A stretch of 64,000 bases of DNA from Sphagnum compactum (lineage: Eukaryota), in the NCBI GenBank assembly GCA_965153455.1, contig OZ234494.1:3100001-3164000 (forward strand), read 5' to 3'. Below are positions 46,321-64,000 of the stretch, piece after piece. The stretch's first letter is position 1, and each line of letters starts with the position of its first letter. Made by a program: the position numbers and the translations under genes. The notes beneath the pieces were generated by a model. That model was not told the DNA's origin and searched no databases. It saw only the letters and a program-made list of their open reading frames with translations.

Positions 46321-49300
46321 ATTTATTCAAAATTAATAACTACATACAAATTTTTTGAGCTATGATTAAACATTTGCTAATTTAATACAATTTTCCAATC
46401 ATCAATAAAATGTAAGATATATTTGTGTTGATATAATAGAGGAAACTTATTGAACTGTAATTAAATTAGAACCACACATGAACAAAATAAATAAATTTTA
46501 AAAAAACCTTTTAATTTGATGGTGTAAAGTGATGACACTCTCCTTGCAAAGCTTTCCAATGCTAAATCGAACCAAATGTCCAAATAAATCCACACAAAAC
46601 CTTAAAAAAATAAATTAAAAACCCTAAACCATTATAGTGATAAACTACATGCTCTATTTATGAATTAAAAATCAAAGTTCAAAAAATTTAAAGATTTAAA
46701 TGAGCAAATTTTCTTGTCTTTTGATTTGAATGTCTCCAAATTGAAAGATGTCTCCACTCCTTTTGAAAAGAGAGAAGGAATGAGTTTCACTTGCTTAATA
46801 TATATGAGTTCATGATTCATCTCTCTTAAATTAACCTAACCGTGAATTTAAACTTGAGATAATTGATTTCATTGAATTCGACAAAGATATTAGCTTGAAT
46901 ATTTTTAAGTGCAAGTTAGGAGCTCGAGCTTTGCTTTTAAAAAAAACTTTGTTTTTTCGTCTTTGAGGATATGTTAGCTTAGCTGGCCTCTTCCTATTTT
47001 TAAAAATATCTTTTATTTTCCTATTTGCATAGTCTCTACGGGGTGTTCTTGATAGAATATCATTAAAGCACTTCCCTCGGGATTGTCTGATCTTGAATGG
47101 TACATCTGCATCAAAGTTTCTCCGAAATAGCTAAAACTACACACTCTGACTTCGCAATCGAAGAGGACACCTTTGGCTTTTTGGATTTCCTCTAGTTGAA
47201 TATTTATTCTTTGTCTCGGACCCAATAATTTAATGTGTGAAAGTAGACATTTGCCAACAGCGAGGATAGGTTGCTCATCAATATAAAAAAATATTTTGCA
47301 AAAATCATAAATGTTTGGCACATTCGTTTAACCATAAATCTTCCTTTGATCCATTTTAAGTTAGAAAGTAACCCAAGGCACTAAATCATTTAATTACATT
47401 ATGTACAATATGCAATAAATGGTGCAAATTGGAGGCTCAAGGTAGGCTATATCGATGGCAAGAAGAACTCGCAAGGTGCAATACCACACGCATGGGCGGC
47501 TTGAATAATTTCTAATTTGATGCTAGCCAAGTGAATGCAATATCCGCAATTGCATTAATTTCATTGGTCGATGTCAACATCCGCATAGGTAAGTAGATAG
47601 GTAGGAGGGAGGGTTGAATAGGTAAGTAAAAATATGAATGGCATAGGCATGTAGGGGGTGGTGGGTGCTTGATTGGGCAAGTAGGCATATAGGTGAAGGG
47701 GGAAGGGGGGGGGGAGGGGGATGTGAATCTAGTTGGTGGGTAGGTAGGTAGGTAGGAAAAAGGGATGGGGGCAAAATGCCCAATTGGGTGAAAGAACCCA
47801 ATTAGGAAAACAAAAGCTTCTCCTGACTTGCAGTGATTTTTGTCATAATTGATGAATCTCTTGGGGTTTGATTCTTGAGACCCTTTCTCATGTTTGTCAT
47901 GGTTGAGGATAAAATCTTTGTTGCACCTACTCAGTTTTTTGCATGATGCCTTGACATGATGTCAGAAGTGTTTAACCCTGATGGATGCAAATCTAGAGTT
48001 GTGTTGTTGCAACCTCTCATGTTTGTGACTCTTGCTGGACATGGCTCACCCAGCTAGCTCATCACAAGCTTTTGCATGTGAGCCAAAACTGGTTGAAATT
48101 TGACAAAAGGGCAAAAAATTGTCTCTTTGCTCAACATACTCTCATTGTGATCAAATGTTTTGTTTACTGTAAGATTTGGGGACACTGTGCTTGACTCAAA
48201 GCATTAAGCACCAGCAGAATGTTTTCAGTGTGTCTGGGGGGAAACTACCCTCCACAATGGTGGCGCATTTCACTTCTTGAAACACCCATCTCTTTGTTTT
48301 TCATCACTTCCATGGTACCTGGCATCATGAACAATTATGCTTCTGCTGAGTCTTTCGCCAGTCATCATTGCCCTCAGAGCAGAATTCCTGAAGTAAGCGG
48401 CAACCCTTGAATCTGCTTGGCAGGTGCTAATTTGATGAAAGCCCCCCCCCCACCCTACCCTACCCTACAAATGAGCGAATTCTCAAAGGTTGGATAATGC
48501 AGAAGTTGATCTAAGTTACATCCACGAAGTAGACCAATATAAGAACCATCGGATCTGTATCAGTTGGTCACAGAGCTTCGGTAGACATATGAATGCAAGT
48601 CAAAACGCCCAAAAAAAAAACACTCAAATCATCTCAAGTTGCAGAGTAAATTTTGTTAGGTTCTCTCATAACATAAGTACCCTTGGGTAGACGTGTAAAT
48701 GCCGTCAAAACACATGAGACAAAAAGAAACTCAAATCATCTCAGGTTGAGCATCATCTCAGGTTGAGCAAAAGTTTGCTCCTCTAATATCTTCCTTTGAT
48801 CAAATCTCATCTTGTAGTTTGACTGCACTCCTTTGTTTCAGGAAACCCAACAGTTTTGCTCTTGAGTTTTCCTGATTTTGCGAATCACTTTAATATCAAT
48901 TAACCAATACAACTTGTAATGCAAGGTCGATCTTTTTAACTAGTTTTAATGCAACACAAAATGAAACAACTCAAAAACAAAACAAGAGTTTAGAATTACA
49001 AGAAGGAAAGTAAAAAGCCTTCTTGCACGGAGTGCCGAAGCCAGTAAACGGCACAGCAAAGCCTCTGACTGACACCTGTTGATGATTGGAAGGAAAGTAA
49101 AAGCATTCTTGCACAGTATGCTGAGGCCGGCAAAAAGCACAGCCCAAACAAAGCCTGACACCTTGCTGTTGATCGGCTAGATGGTTCGATTGGTCGAGGT
49201 ATTGGGTTGGTATTACTAGTCTCCCACCTATTCGCAATCCCTGTTTTAGTTTTATGGGTGGGGTTGGAAAACAGCAAGTGTAACTAAACTTTCATGTGAG

Positions 49301-50218
49301 AAATAGTTTTTGCAGGGTTACATACTGAGCACCGCTGAGAGATACTCTTGTTCATCTTTTTGTTGTCTTTTAGGGGGGGCCTTCCTCCCAACGCTTGGAG
49401 ATCTTGTTGTGTCCGGACCGGTCTGGGATTAGGGTTTGGGCGTGTGGATCCATTTGGAAGCGCGTAGTGGGAAAGAAGAAGAAGAAGAAGAAGAAGTATT
49501 ATTGTAAGTATTATGTTTCTTTTGTCGTGTTGTGTCTGGAGCAATCATCAAGCGAAACCTTTTGTAGGATCTGGGATCAATGAATCAGGAAGAGAGTGAA
49601 GCGAGATTTTGATCGCAAGGGACAAAATCACGGTGATCTCTGGAGCAATCAATCATGATTCTAGATGGCGAATCCTTCGGGCGGCTCGGAGATTGCGGAG
49701 GTGGTGATGGTGCTGCTGAGAAGTCTGAATTCACAGATTAGGTGTGCAGGAAGGAACGAAGAAGGAGTAGGTAATGGGCGTTTAGGTTTTTGTGCTGTGG
49801 ATTAAGAATTGCGCTGTCTGTTCCTGTCTTGTCTGTGGATTTTGTTGTCTGTTAATCCACGCAGATAATAAAAAAGCGGTTGTCGAGTTTTCAGATCTGT
49901 GCAGCAAACAAGGCAGCATCAGCTGGCAAGTTTCCAAAGGTTTCATGTTGTTAGTGGGGTTAGGGTTTCACGTGTCCCAGTGTTCCACATCATGGATATG
50001 TCCATCTTTTTTGAGAGGCAGAGGAGGGAAAAAGCTGCCTCAATTCTCCAAACTCTGACAACGTGTTTTGCAAGCATCAGCTGCTGTCTTTGAAACCTAA
50101 AAGAGAGTTTTCTGTTGAAACATCTGGGCAGGGAAGTACATAGACACTAAAGAAGTTGGCAGGAATTTTTTTCTAAATCCCCCAATTTCCAAACCTCTGC
50201 CACAGTGTTGTGTAGTAG

Positions 50219-50219
<1 letters not shown>

Positions 50220-50279
<60 letters not shown>
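50220..50279 (+). repeat. (GA)n microsatellite just 5' of the LOG2-like start codon
   Basis: Uninterrupted GA run of about 29 units. Confidence 0.95.
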
Positions 50280-50281
<2 letters not shown>

Positions 50282-50302
50282 CTTGGAGAGAAAGAAAGAA
50301 AG

Positions 50303-53300
50303 ATGGGGGGTGGACAAAGCAGCAGGCGTAATAGTCGTATACAACACAATTCAGGCATACAGCAGTCCCCTGGGACCATTCCTCCGCCCACAGGATACCC
50401 AGGAGCACATGTGATTCCTCTTCCAGGACCTGCCCCATATCCACCACCCTCAGGCCCCTATTCCACCAGTGGCTACCACATGCCTTACTACTATCCTCCT
50501 AATTACAATGGAGCAATGACTTCGGCGCATTATTTCCAGCAAGGTTACCATCCAAGCAATGGGCAGTACTTAATGAATGCGCCACCGCAGGGATACAGAA
50601 CAGCAGGTCCAGTCCCTCCTCAGATTCGCTCTACTTCACCATCTACAATCCCAGAAGTTGCTGAGCACCAGAAAGCCAACACAATCCAGAATGATGTCAA
50701 CTTGAAGAAGGCAACTTTGCGGCTGGAGAAAGATGAGGAGAACCCAGGATTCCATCTTGTAGCTTTCTCATTTGATGCCACTGTATCTGGAAGGTATGCC
50801 TTATCTGTGCAACCCTTTTCCTCTTCTGCACAAACTAATAGTATTCATTCTCAAGCGGTAATGGCCTCTACGTGTTATGAGTGCATGCATGTGCTCCTAA
50901 AGTTAGAATAGTACGTAGGTGCATAAGTAAGAAGCATCCCTTTATTGCTTTAGTTCAGGAACATGATCCTTACTACAAGAGTTTTTAGCAAAACAGGAGT
51001 TTGGGCAAAACTTTCAACCTCCTCAAATCCCAACCTCTCTAAAACTCTCAGTTTTGGGTAGAGATCCCCATGATTTCAGTCTTTCTTTCTTCTCACATAG
51101 ACAAGATAGCTCTATCTTCTATTCTGAACCTCCTTTCCATCATGAGTGTGTTCCTTTGATGCTTGGAAGATTTTGGTCTCCTCTGCTAGTACCTTGGAAA
51201 GTATGTGAAATCTTTAGGTCCAGATTTCTATATTTATAGAGAAGTGGCTTATGGGTTGAGGCCTCCTGGAAGTCCAGAAGGTTTTGAATAGTGATTGTAT
51301 TGTTCCATTTTCCAAATATCCGATTGACCCTTTCTTTCATCATGTCATTTTGTGTGACCTAGACATTCTTTCAAGGTCCAATTTGTTTCACATTTTTCCT
51401 AGAGGTGTTAAAAGTCTGGAAAGTCTTTCTCTGAATGGTTTTGATCAAGTTCTTAAAAGATTTGTTGCTAAGCAAGAGGAGATGCTAGAAGTGTGTGAAA
51501 TCTAGAGTGAAAGGAAATCAAAAGTCCTTGGCTTTACCAAGTTGAAGGTTCAATGGACTCTTAGTGCCTTGGCCATGATGGTCCTCTGGTTCCTTTTCTC
51601 TTGTGTTGATTCCAAACACCTTAAAGGACTTAAAAAGATTCTAGTAGTCTTATTTTTTATTACCTATGAGTCTAGTAGTCTTATTTTTTATTACCTACGA
51701 TTCTAGTAGTTTTGTTTTTTATCACCTACATGAATAAATCTTTAGTTTTCAATGAGATTAACCCTCTTGAAGGGCACTATTTGAAGTCCAGTTTGTTGAA
51801 ATCTGAAGTTCTGAATCTTCTAATTCTTTCCATGCTCTAATAAGTTCAAAGCAAAGTGTGGCCCTGGTCTTCCACATCTTTTGTGTGGATTGGAAGTTCT
51901 GTAAAAACCCTACAATAAAGATTTATGGATGTAGCTAGTTCTACTTCTCTCTCTGAGAAGTCTGTAAATGGCTAAGCTCCTTCTATAAAGCTATCCTGCT
52001 GGTGATGAATGACTTGTGGGCCGCCAAGTTACAAGAAGCTGATTTATAGACTCAGAATTATAGGGTTCTTATTCCATAGGAGTACTTGAAGTTCTCAAGC
52101 TCTTGAATCACTCAAGCACTGACAAATGTTCTCTCCTTTCCTGCACTCTTTTGATTTCTCAATTCTTCATACCAACATCAATCTACCAAATTTGGAAGTA
52201 AGAATGAAAGTTGTAATGAATAAAGTTCTTGATAGGATGTGGGAAGTCCCATTTGTTTTGAATTTTTGTGGGTTCAGAGGTTAGATCTTCACTTCAACTA
52301 TGATTGATTGAAGAGTAAGGACCAGATTAGTTCTATGGAGTCTCTCCATACCTTCAAGGTAAAAGATGCTGCAGCTTTATCTTCTTGGCTAGATTTTGTG
52401 CTAAATAACTTGTTCCTCTCATTTGCTCAGTTGAGTTAAGCAGTTAATTGGTATCCCAATGGGTACTAGTGCTGTGTTTTTAGGTAGCCTCTTCCTCTTC
52501 TCATAGAAGTTTGATTATTTGGGATTGTCTTATTCAGCCTTATTCATGTTGGTTTGTTCATGAGTTATCCTTAGAGATAAGGTTTGTAGACGATCTGTTT
52601 GTTCCTGATATCCCTGGTTTCTCCAAACTTCTCCAATTAGATTGGTAGGGGCATATACCCTAAATCATTTTGCAAGCTTAATTGAACTATAATAGCTTCC
52701 CTTGCTATTTCTTGGATTTAGCAATATTCCAAGATTCCAAAGGCTTAAGGCATTAACATTTTTTACAAGCATTCTCAACCAGAATATGCACTTATTAACA
52801 TGATTCGTTTGCCTCATGTGGATTCCAATATTTCAGATTGTGCAAACTTTGAGGTGCTTAATAATCAGTTTTGTACATTCTTGAGGCTTTTGTCGCTCAA
52901 TTGGTGAGCTTAATCAGTCTGCTGAAGAAAAAAGGTTACTCTTCAAAGTTTCTTTGAGTTGGACCAGAGAAGTTTGCTCAACACTGAAAGATTTCTAATC
53001 GGTGTTTCTGCCTTTGGAATCTTCAAAATGATAATTTCAAAGTCTTCTTAATCCTAAGTGGGGAGCTTTCCTAAGTCCACTTTACCCCTAAAAATCTTGC
53101 TTTCAAAATTCTCCAAACCGTTTCTCTCTTTTCTTCGTCCTTTCTTCTATTGCCTTTGTCCTTTTTTCTTTCTCTCTTGTTTTTCACTCCTTTTTCTGCT
53201 TGAGGTTTTTGCTCTTCTACAACTTTTTTGTTTTCTGAGCTAGCCAGCAATGTTACCAAGTCTTCCCATTACTGCCAATCTTGTGACAGAAACTCAGTTC

Positions 53301-54949
53301 ATTGGTTAATGTTCAACTTAACCTCCACCCATTGCTGGGTGCTGATGATGTCAGTGGGGTTGCTATGGTAGGTGGTCAATACCAAAGTTGTTGCTGTCAA
53401 AGGTCCATGAACATTTGCTTGACTTTTGCTATTGTTCAAACTGCTACTCAGTTTTGTTTGTAGTCTGATTTTCTCTTTTCATTCTGATTGGGTTTCCTCT
53501 TTTTAATCCTTGCTGTTATGTTGTCAGTTCTCAAATAAGCATAATGTTATTACCAGGTCATCTCTGAATTCTTTTGAGGTTGAATTTAACCTCAAGTATG
53601 GATATGGCTATCATTTTGCTAGCTTAGTATTTATGGCAATGTGTGTTCTTGAAGTAGATTGATTTAGTCTCTAGATAGGTGGAAATGTGTGAGTGGACCA
53701 GTTTGTGGCATGTGTCTCAAGAAGTAATGCTATTTGGCAGTTTTGTTTATTGATACTGGGTATTTTGTTGTCTTGATTCCTTTGGTTGCAGCATTTGCAT
53801 TTTCTTCCTAGCAAAAGAAGGGCCAAATTGCAGTCTCACTTCCCTTAAACCCCACATCTACATGCCAGTTCGTGTACATTTTGAGAAAGGATTGGGTCAG
53901 AAGTTTCAGCAAGCTCCAGGGACAGGTGTTGACCTGTCTTTGTTTGATGAGAAAGAATTACTGAAGGGAGGCTCAGAGGAGAATGTGTTTCCCCTGGTGG
54001 TCCGCACAGAGACGGTGCCCAAGAGCCCATTTGCTGATGCGTCCTCAAGGGAAAATGAATCCTTGGGTGCACCCTTACCAAATTGGGTTCACTCACAGAC
54101 CACACAGGCTGTGATTGAAAAGAAGGATGATGGGAGCTATCATGTGCGTGTGGTGAAGCAAATTATTTGGGTGGGTGGTATTCGGTATGAGTTACAAGAG
54201 ATATATGGGATTGAAAACAGCAGGGGTGCTGGTGAGTTTGATGATAGTGACATAGGAAAAGAGTGTGTGATCTGCATGTCAGAACCCCGCGACACCACAG
54301 TGCTCCCATGCCGACACATGGTATGTATGACTGCTCTTGGTTTTCTTCTGTTTGATGAGAGAGAATGTACAAACATCAGATGTGGAATTGGGATTTTGAT
54401 TTGTACTTCTGTCCTCTGACTTGCTGGGTTGGGTCTTGAGCCTGAAGTGAATCATGTGATCACCATCTTTCCAATGATATCAGTTTTTACTCCCTGATTT
54501 TCTGTTTCTTGCTTAATAACAGGAGGTCATATGTGGTGGAAAGGTGGCTGTGTGCACATATATGATCTATTCTTTTTTGAAGACCAGGAACTGATTTGTC
54601 ACATTGTGTGGTTGTTCCATATTGTGCTACTTAGTAGGCTGGAGGTCCTGGAAGAGTTATACTAGAAAGGATCATGGTCTGGACATTGTTCGACTTGGTA
54701 AGTGATTTGAGTTATTTATTTGTTCTCATAGTCTTAGTGGTGGGGTTGGTTTGGCAGTGCATGTGTAGTGACTGTGCCAAGGTGCTCAGGTATCAAACCA
54801 ACCGCTGCCCCATTTGCCGAACTCCAGTTGAGCGCCTTCTAGAGATCAAAGTGCCAAAGAATGACTTTGTTGATCCATCTAGTGGGGTGGAGTCAAGTAC
54901 TTTTTGTTTAACTTCTGGTTCAGGAACCAGCAATTCCAAAGAGAGCTGA
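50303..54949 (+). CDS. LOG2: LOG2/LUL (Mahogunin/MGRN1-like) RING E3 ubiquitin ligase, 3 exons
   Basis: Exons 50303-50793, 53792-54320 and 54758-54949. Features: N-terminal MGGGQS myristoylation-type motif, Pro-rich region, DAR2 motifs ([30 protein letters not shown]) and [44 protein letters not shown]. Which LOG2/LUL member it is cannot be resolved. Confidence 0.92.
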
Positions 54950-56232
54950 AACATGAAGCACCTATGTGTGGTTTGATGACTGCCAGAGAATGTGCAGATC
55001 CTGGGGAATGTGGAAGGTTGGTATACAATAATGACCCTGTGGAGGCTAATAGATGAGTTTAGTATATGAGTTTGAAAGAGCTCAGTGTGGCCACAACTTT
55101 GATCAATGCAAGAAGGGTCATCAGTTTCTTGAAAATGTCTATTATTTAGATTGCTGATTGAAAAAATGACACAAGGGGTGTCCTCATTTCTCTCATGTCA
55201 AATGTAATATATATATCAGTTTGACTGCAGAGTCTCCAGTCTGTTGAACTCTGTATTCAACCGCAGAGTCAGGTAGATTTAGGACATGGTTTCCAATAGA
55301 AGGATAAGAGCCCTAGGGAGAGGCAGGAGTGTTATGCTTTCAACAGCGAAAACCTCCCCCTTGTTTTGTCCTAGCTTAACAACAGCAAAGACAGCAACTA
55401 GACTTGAATAGCAACTTGTTTGGGCATGACAGAGGTTGAGTTGTATATGTGTTCATGGGTATATGAGATGTTTTTCCAAGGTCATTTACAGTCTATTTGT
55501 GGCTTGGATTTGTAAGAACTAGAAGCGGTCAATAAAACTGAATTCAATCTGAGCTAAATGATTGATAGCTGCTGTTTGTGGTCAAATCCATTAAATGTTC
55601 TGATTTTTATGACCCTCGGTCTTTGTTGCAGCTCCAATGCAGACAATACAATTCTTTCATGAGTTTGCTGCCAGGTGTTGTACAGAATGAGAGATGATTG
55701 AATGAATAGCCATGGGATGTTGGGTGGAGTTTCTACATGTTTCTTTCTAGTTGTGATTGCAGGTTTGAATGCTTGGAATCAAAATGGTGGAGTGGAGTGT
55801 TCTTGCAGCAATTGTGAAAAATAAGGAGGGGCAGAAATAAGGAGGTTTTGCAGACAACGCCTCAATCAGTCGAGGTGAGGACACCCTGCTTGCAAAACAC
55901 TGTTACACTGAGAAATCTCTATTGAATAGATACTACAATTATGGCAGATCATATAACGGGCCCATAATATCATTGCACTATGTAAGCCTTTAGTAAGAAT
56001 GTATAGATATGATTGTTTCTAGTACTGAACATCAGCTATGCTTCATTGCGTAACTTAGTTTTTGCAAGAGGATTTGTAAAGCAATAGAGGTCATGATGAA
56101 CCAACATCTGTGAAGGCTGCTACAAGCGCTGACTTGCAATGAACATTTATGATTACTACAAGGATTGTGCGTGGGTGAAACTTTTGAATTATTTTCAACA
56201 AATACTATGAAATGGTTTGAACTGTTCTACTA

Positions 56233-61481
<5,249 letters not shown>

Positions 61482-63539
61482 ACTTGCTAGCACTAGTTTA
61501 ATAATACTCAAGCTACTTGACTTTCTTTTGTGAACATATACATATTGAGCTAGCAGATTCTAGAGTAAGATGAATCTTAAGGCTAATAGAAAGCTAAATT
61601 TGATGAACCCCAAGTTTTTTTTCTTCAAATCCTCTTGAGCAAAATGAGCATTATTGGTGGCAAATAGTGTGAAAGGTATGTAAGGTTTCCACCCCTTGTG
61701 ACCACAAAGTAACATGAACTTTGTGTCTTTTCATACCATCTTCTAAGTTTAAAACAAGCCCCCACATGACTTGGTATGAAAAGTGAGGGGAGGCCATCTT
61801 ACAAAGTCCCCTTGGATCTAGTGGACATATGTCTTTGATGTTACACCAAAATTTATTTTGTCTCATCTTCTTCTTCTTCTTCTTTTCTCTTAAAGGAAAG
61901 TGGCCAAGAAGCAACCATTGTAGCAACTACATTTGGCATGTTGTAGCCAAATATTGTTCAACACCAAAATTTATTTTTGGTTAAGAACATGATTGATAGT
62001 TTGGTGATCCATACATACCCATCATGGCTTTTTATTATGACTTGCTTTTAATAATTGGACATTTTCCAAGAGTGGAACAAGCTATTGGGTGAAGGACTTT
62101 TAAGTGGGATCCACATAAATGTATGATAATGTAAAACTCTATTATGTATCACATATACATGATGATTGAGCAATTGGTGAATTGTATAGATTCATCCATC
62201 TTTGAACCCTCCACCTTTGTGTTCTTTATTTTTCATGTATCTATGAACGAAACTTTAACCCCTTACACCCCTTTTCTAGGTATGTTATGAAAAGTAATTA
62301 GGTGCCTTCCAACTATTCCTTAAAACCACACACTAAGCTCCTCACCAAAGCCTTTCAATTGGGTAATGGTTCACTTGATTAGGAAGTTTGAGAACAACAA
62401 TGGGGACCAATTTGGGATGTTTCTAAGACTAAATCATAAAAGAATGTTTGTCACACAAATAGTGCATAGGAATGCCTAAATTCCAAACTAAACAAAAAAA
62501 AAGTTGTGCCAATTTGTTTATAATTTAAAGACAATTATATACTAATGTTTACATATGGTCCCAATTATACCATACCTATGACTAATGTTCCACATTAATC
62601 ATTTATTTATTTAGAGGGTAAGCTAAATTAAATAAAATTTGATCTCACATTGTCATATTTCACCTTGGACCTATTGATAATAGGGAATAGTCCAAAACAT
62701 TGGGCTACAACATTGCATTTCTAAAGCATGAGCAAACTTAGCATTATTATTGCCTATCGGTGAAATTTTGAAATATTCAAAATGGAGTTATTGAAGACCT
62801 TTTTAATTGAAAAAAATATATATTTTGGCAAAGATATGTCAATTATCAATTGTGTAGGTATGGTATTGATGATTGGCATTTTTTGTTGAAATAGTTCAAA
62901 TATAAAACTTTGTTGCGCCTAGCAACCCCAAATTGAGTGTTTCAAATTCCAACAATGTGACACTAAAGTTCAAGCTCATTGCAAAAAGAACACATTGATA
63001 CTACAAAAGTCTAGAACTTGTAGGCACATCACATGATATACTTAAATTTAAAACTTCAAAATATAAAGTAATTGTCGTCAAATTACAAAGACATTGGAAA
63101 AAGTCCCATTGGAAACAATTTGAAGAATATAATTATGGAATATTTATCGTTCAAAAAGTAAAGTACAAAAACCCACTTGTAATAATGTGTAGCTGATTTT
63201 TTCATGCATCTTTAAATTGTATTTCCTTGCATTTGTTAAAAGATTGAGAATGGATTTTTATTTTTTTTTGTCCTTTCCTAAATCACAAGGCAAAAATTAA
63301 ATTTCTATTAGTTGGATCTAAATGTGACCAATAGGAAGTTAGCAAGAATCAAATTATACTTTTGGAGTTACTAAAAATTTTGTTTTGTGTACAACAATTT
63401 TTTTTAAATTACAATTTCGAAAAAAAGTGCCTTAAATTTTTTTTAAATTATAATTTTTTTTAAAATAAAAATCTTATTGGAAAACACGTCAAATTTTTTT
63501 AACCAAAAAAATTTGAAGGGAAAAAATAAATGAAATCTC

Positions 63540-64000
63540 CAAGGTTGCATCAGATTCATTGACATAACGTTGGTGGAGATCTATAAGTTGTGGAATAATG
63601 TGCGCACCGAACTTGGTTGAATGTTAGAAAAAAAAATCTATTCGGTGAACAACACAATCAATTGTTGACAAGCAAAGTATTTTCATTTACATCAACACTA
63701 GATATCCCAAGTCATACATACCATCATGTAACCATATTCCACTCTTTATGCCAATTGGTATAACCATTTCACCCACACAAATGAGTACTTTGAATATTTG
63801 CTTGGGGACTCGAGCTCCATCGGTGAAATCATGTTTATCATGTGATGGATTGGTTGGCATGAATTGTCTCTACATACACGTTTGGGCATAATGAAAGCGC
63901 ACAATAAAATGCATGCAGGATATAAAGTTAAGGTATAATGGGGCATTAAGGGGCTCAAGAGCAAATGGCGAAGCCTCATGAAAAGGGTTTGAGTTTGCCA
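63540..64000 (+). mobile_element. Decayed PIF/Harbinger transposase, running off the window end
   Basis: Fragments YSVNNT, EYLLGDSSSIGEIMFIM and MHAGYKVKV*WGIKGLKSKWRSLMKR match the DDE_Tnp_4 C-terminal pattern (YLLGDxGY ... RxxVExxxGxLKxxW). Confidence 0.7.

Overview
Eukaryotic land-plant genomic DNA with intron-rich genes, AT-rich intergenic space and decayed transposons. The gene set and repeat landscape suggest a bryophyte such as a Sphagnum-like moss (inference only). Five spliced genes can be reconstructed by hand: SMG1 PIKK kinase (+, 27 exons, 9559-27871), RBX1 (-, 29738-31807), a CYP71-type WD40 cyclophilin (-, 33780-37595), a LOG2/LUL-type RING E3 ligase (+, 50303-54949) and a 10-exon zinc alcohol dehydrogenase (-, 56233-61481). 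Mobile DNA includes a solo LTR with a 5-bp TSD (1885-2704), a non-autonomous Helitron (42645-43139), two Harbinger remnants, a hAT-like remnant, and an unclassified two-ORF element at the left edge. The best leads are: the ADH, whose NAD-selecting Asp is replaced by Ala-Arg (predicted NADP(H) use); the orphan intronless ORF element; a hairpin-forming repeat found three times in SMG1 introns; and a tandem duplication of an ADH splice acceptor in which the extra copies lack the AG. I see no evidence of a clearly new multi-gene system.
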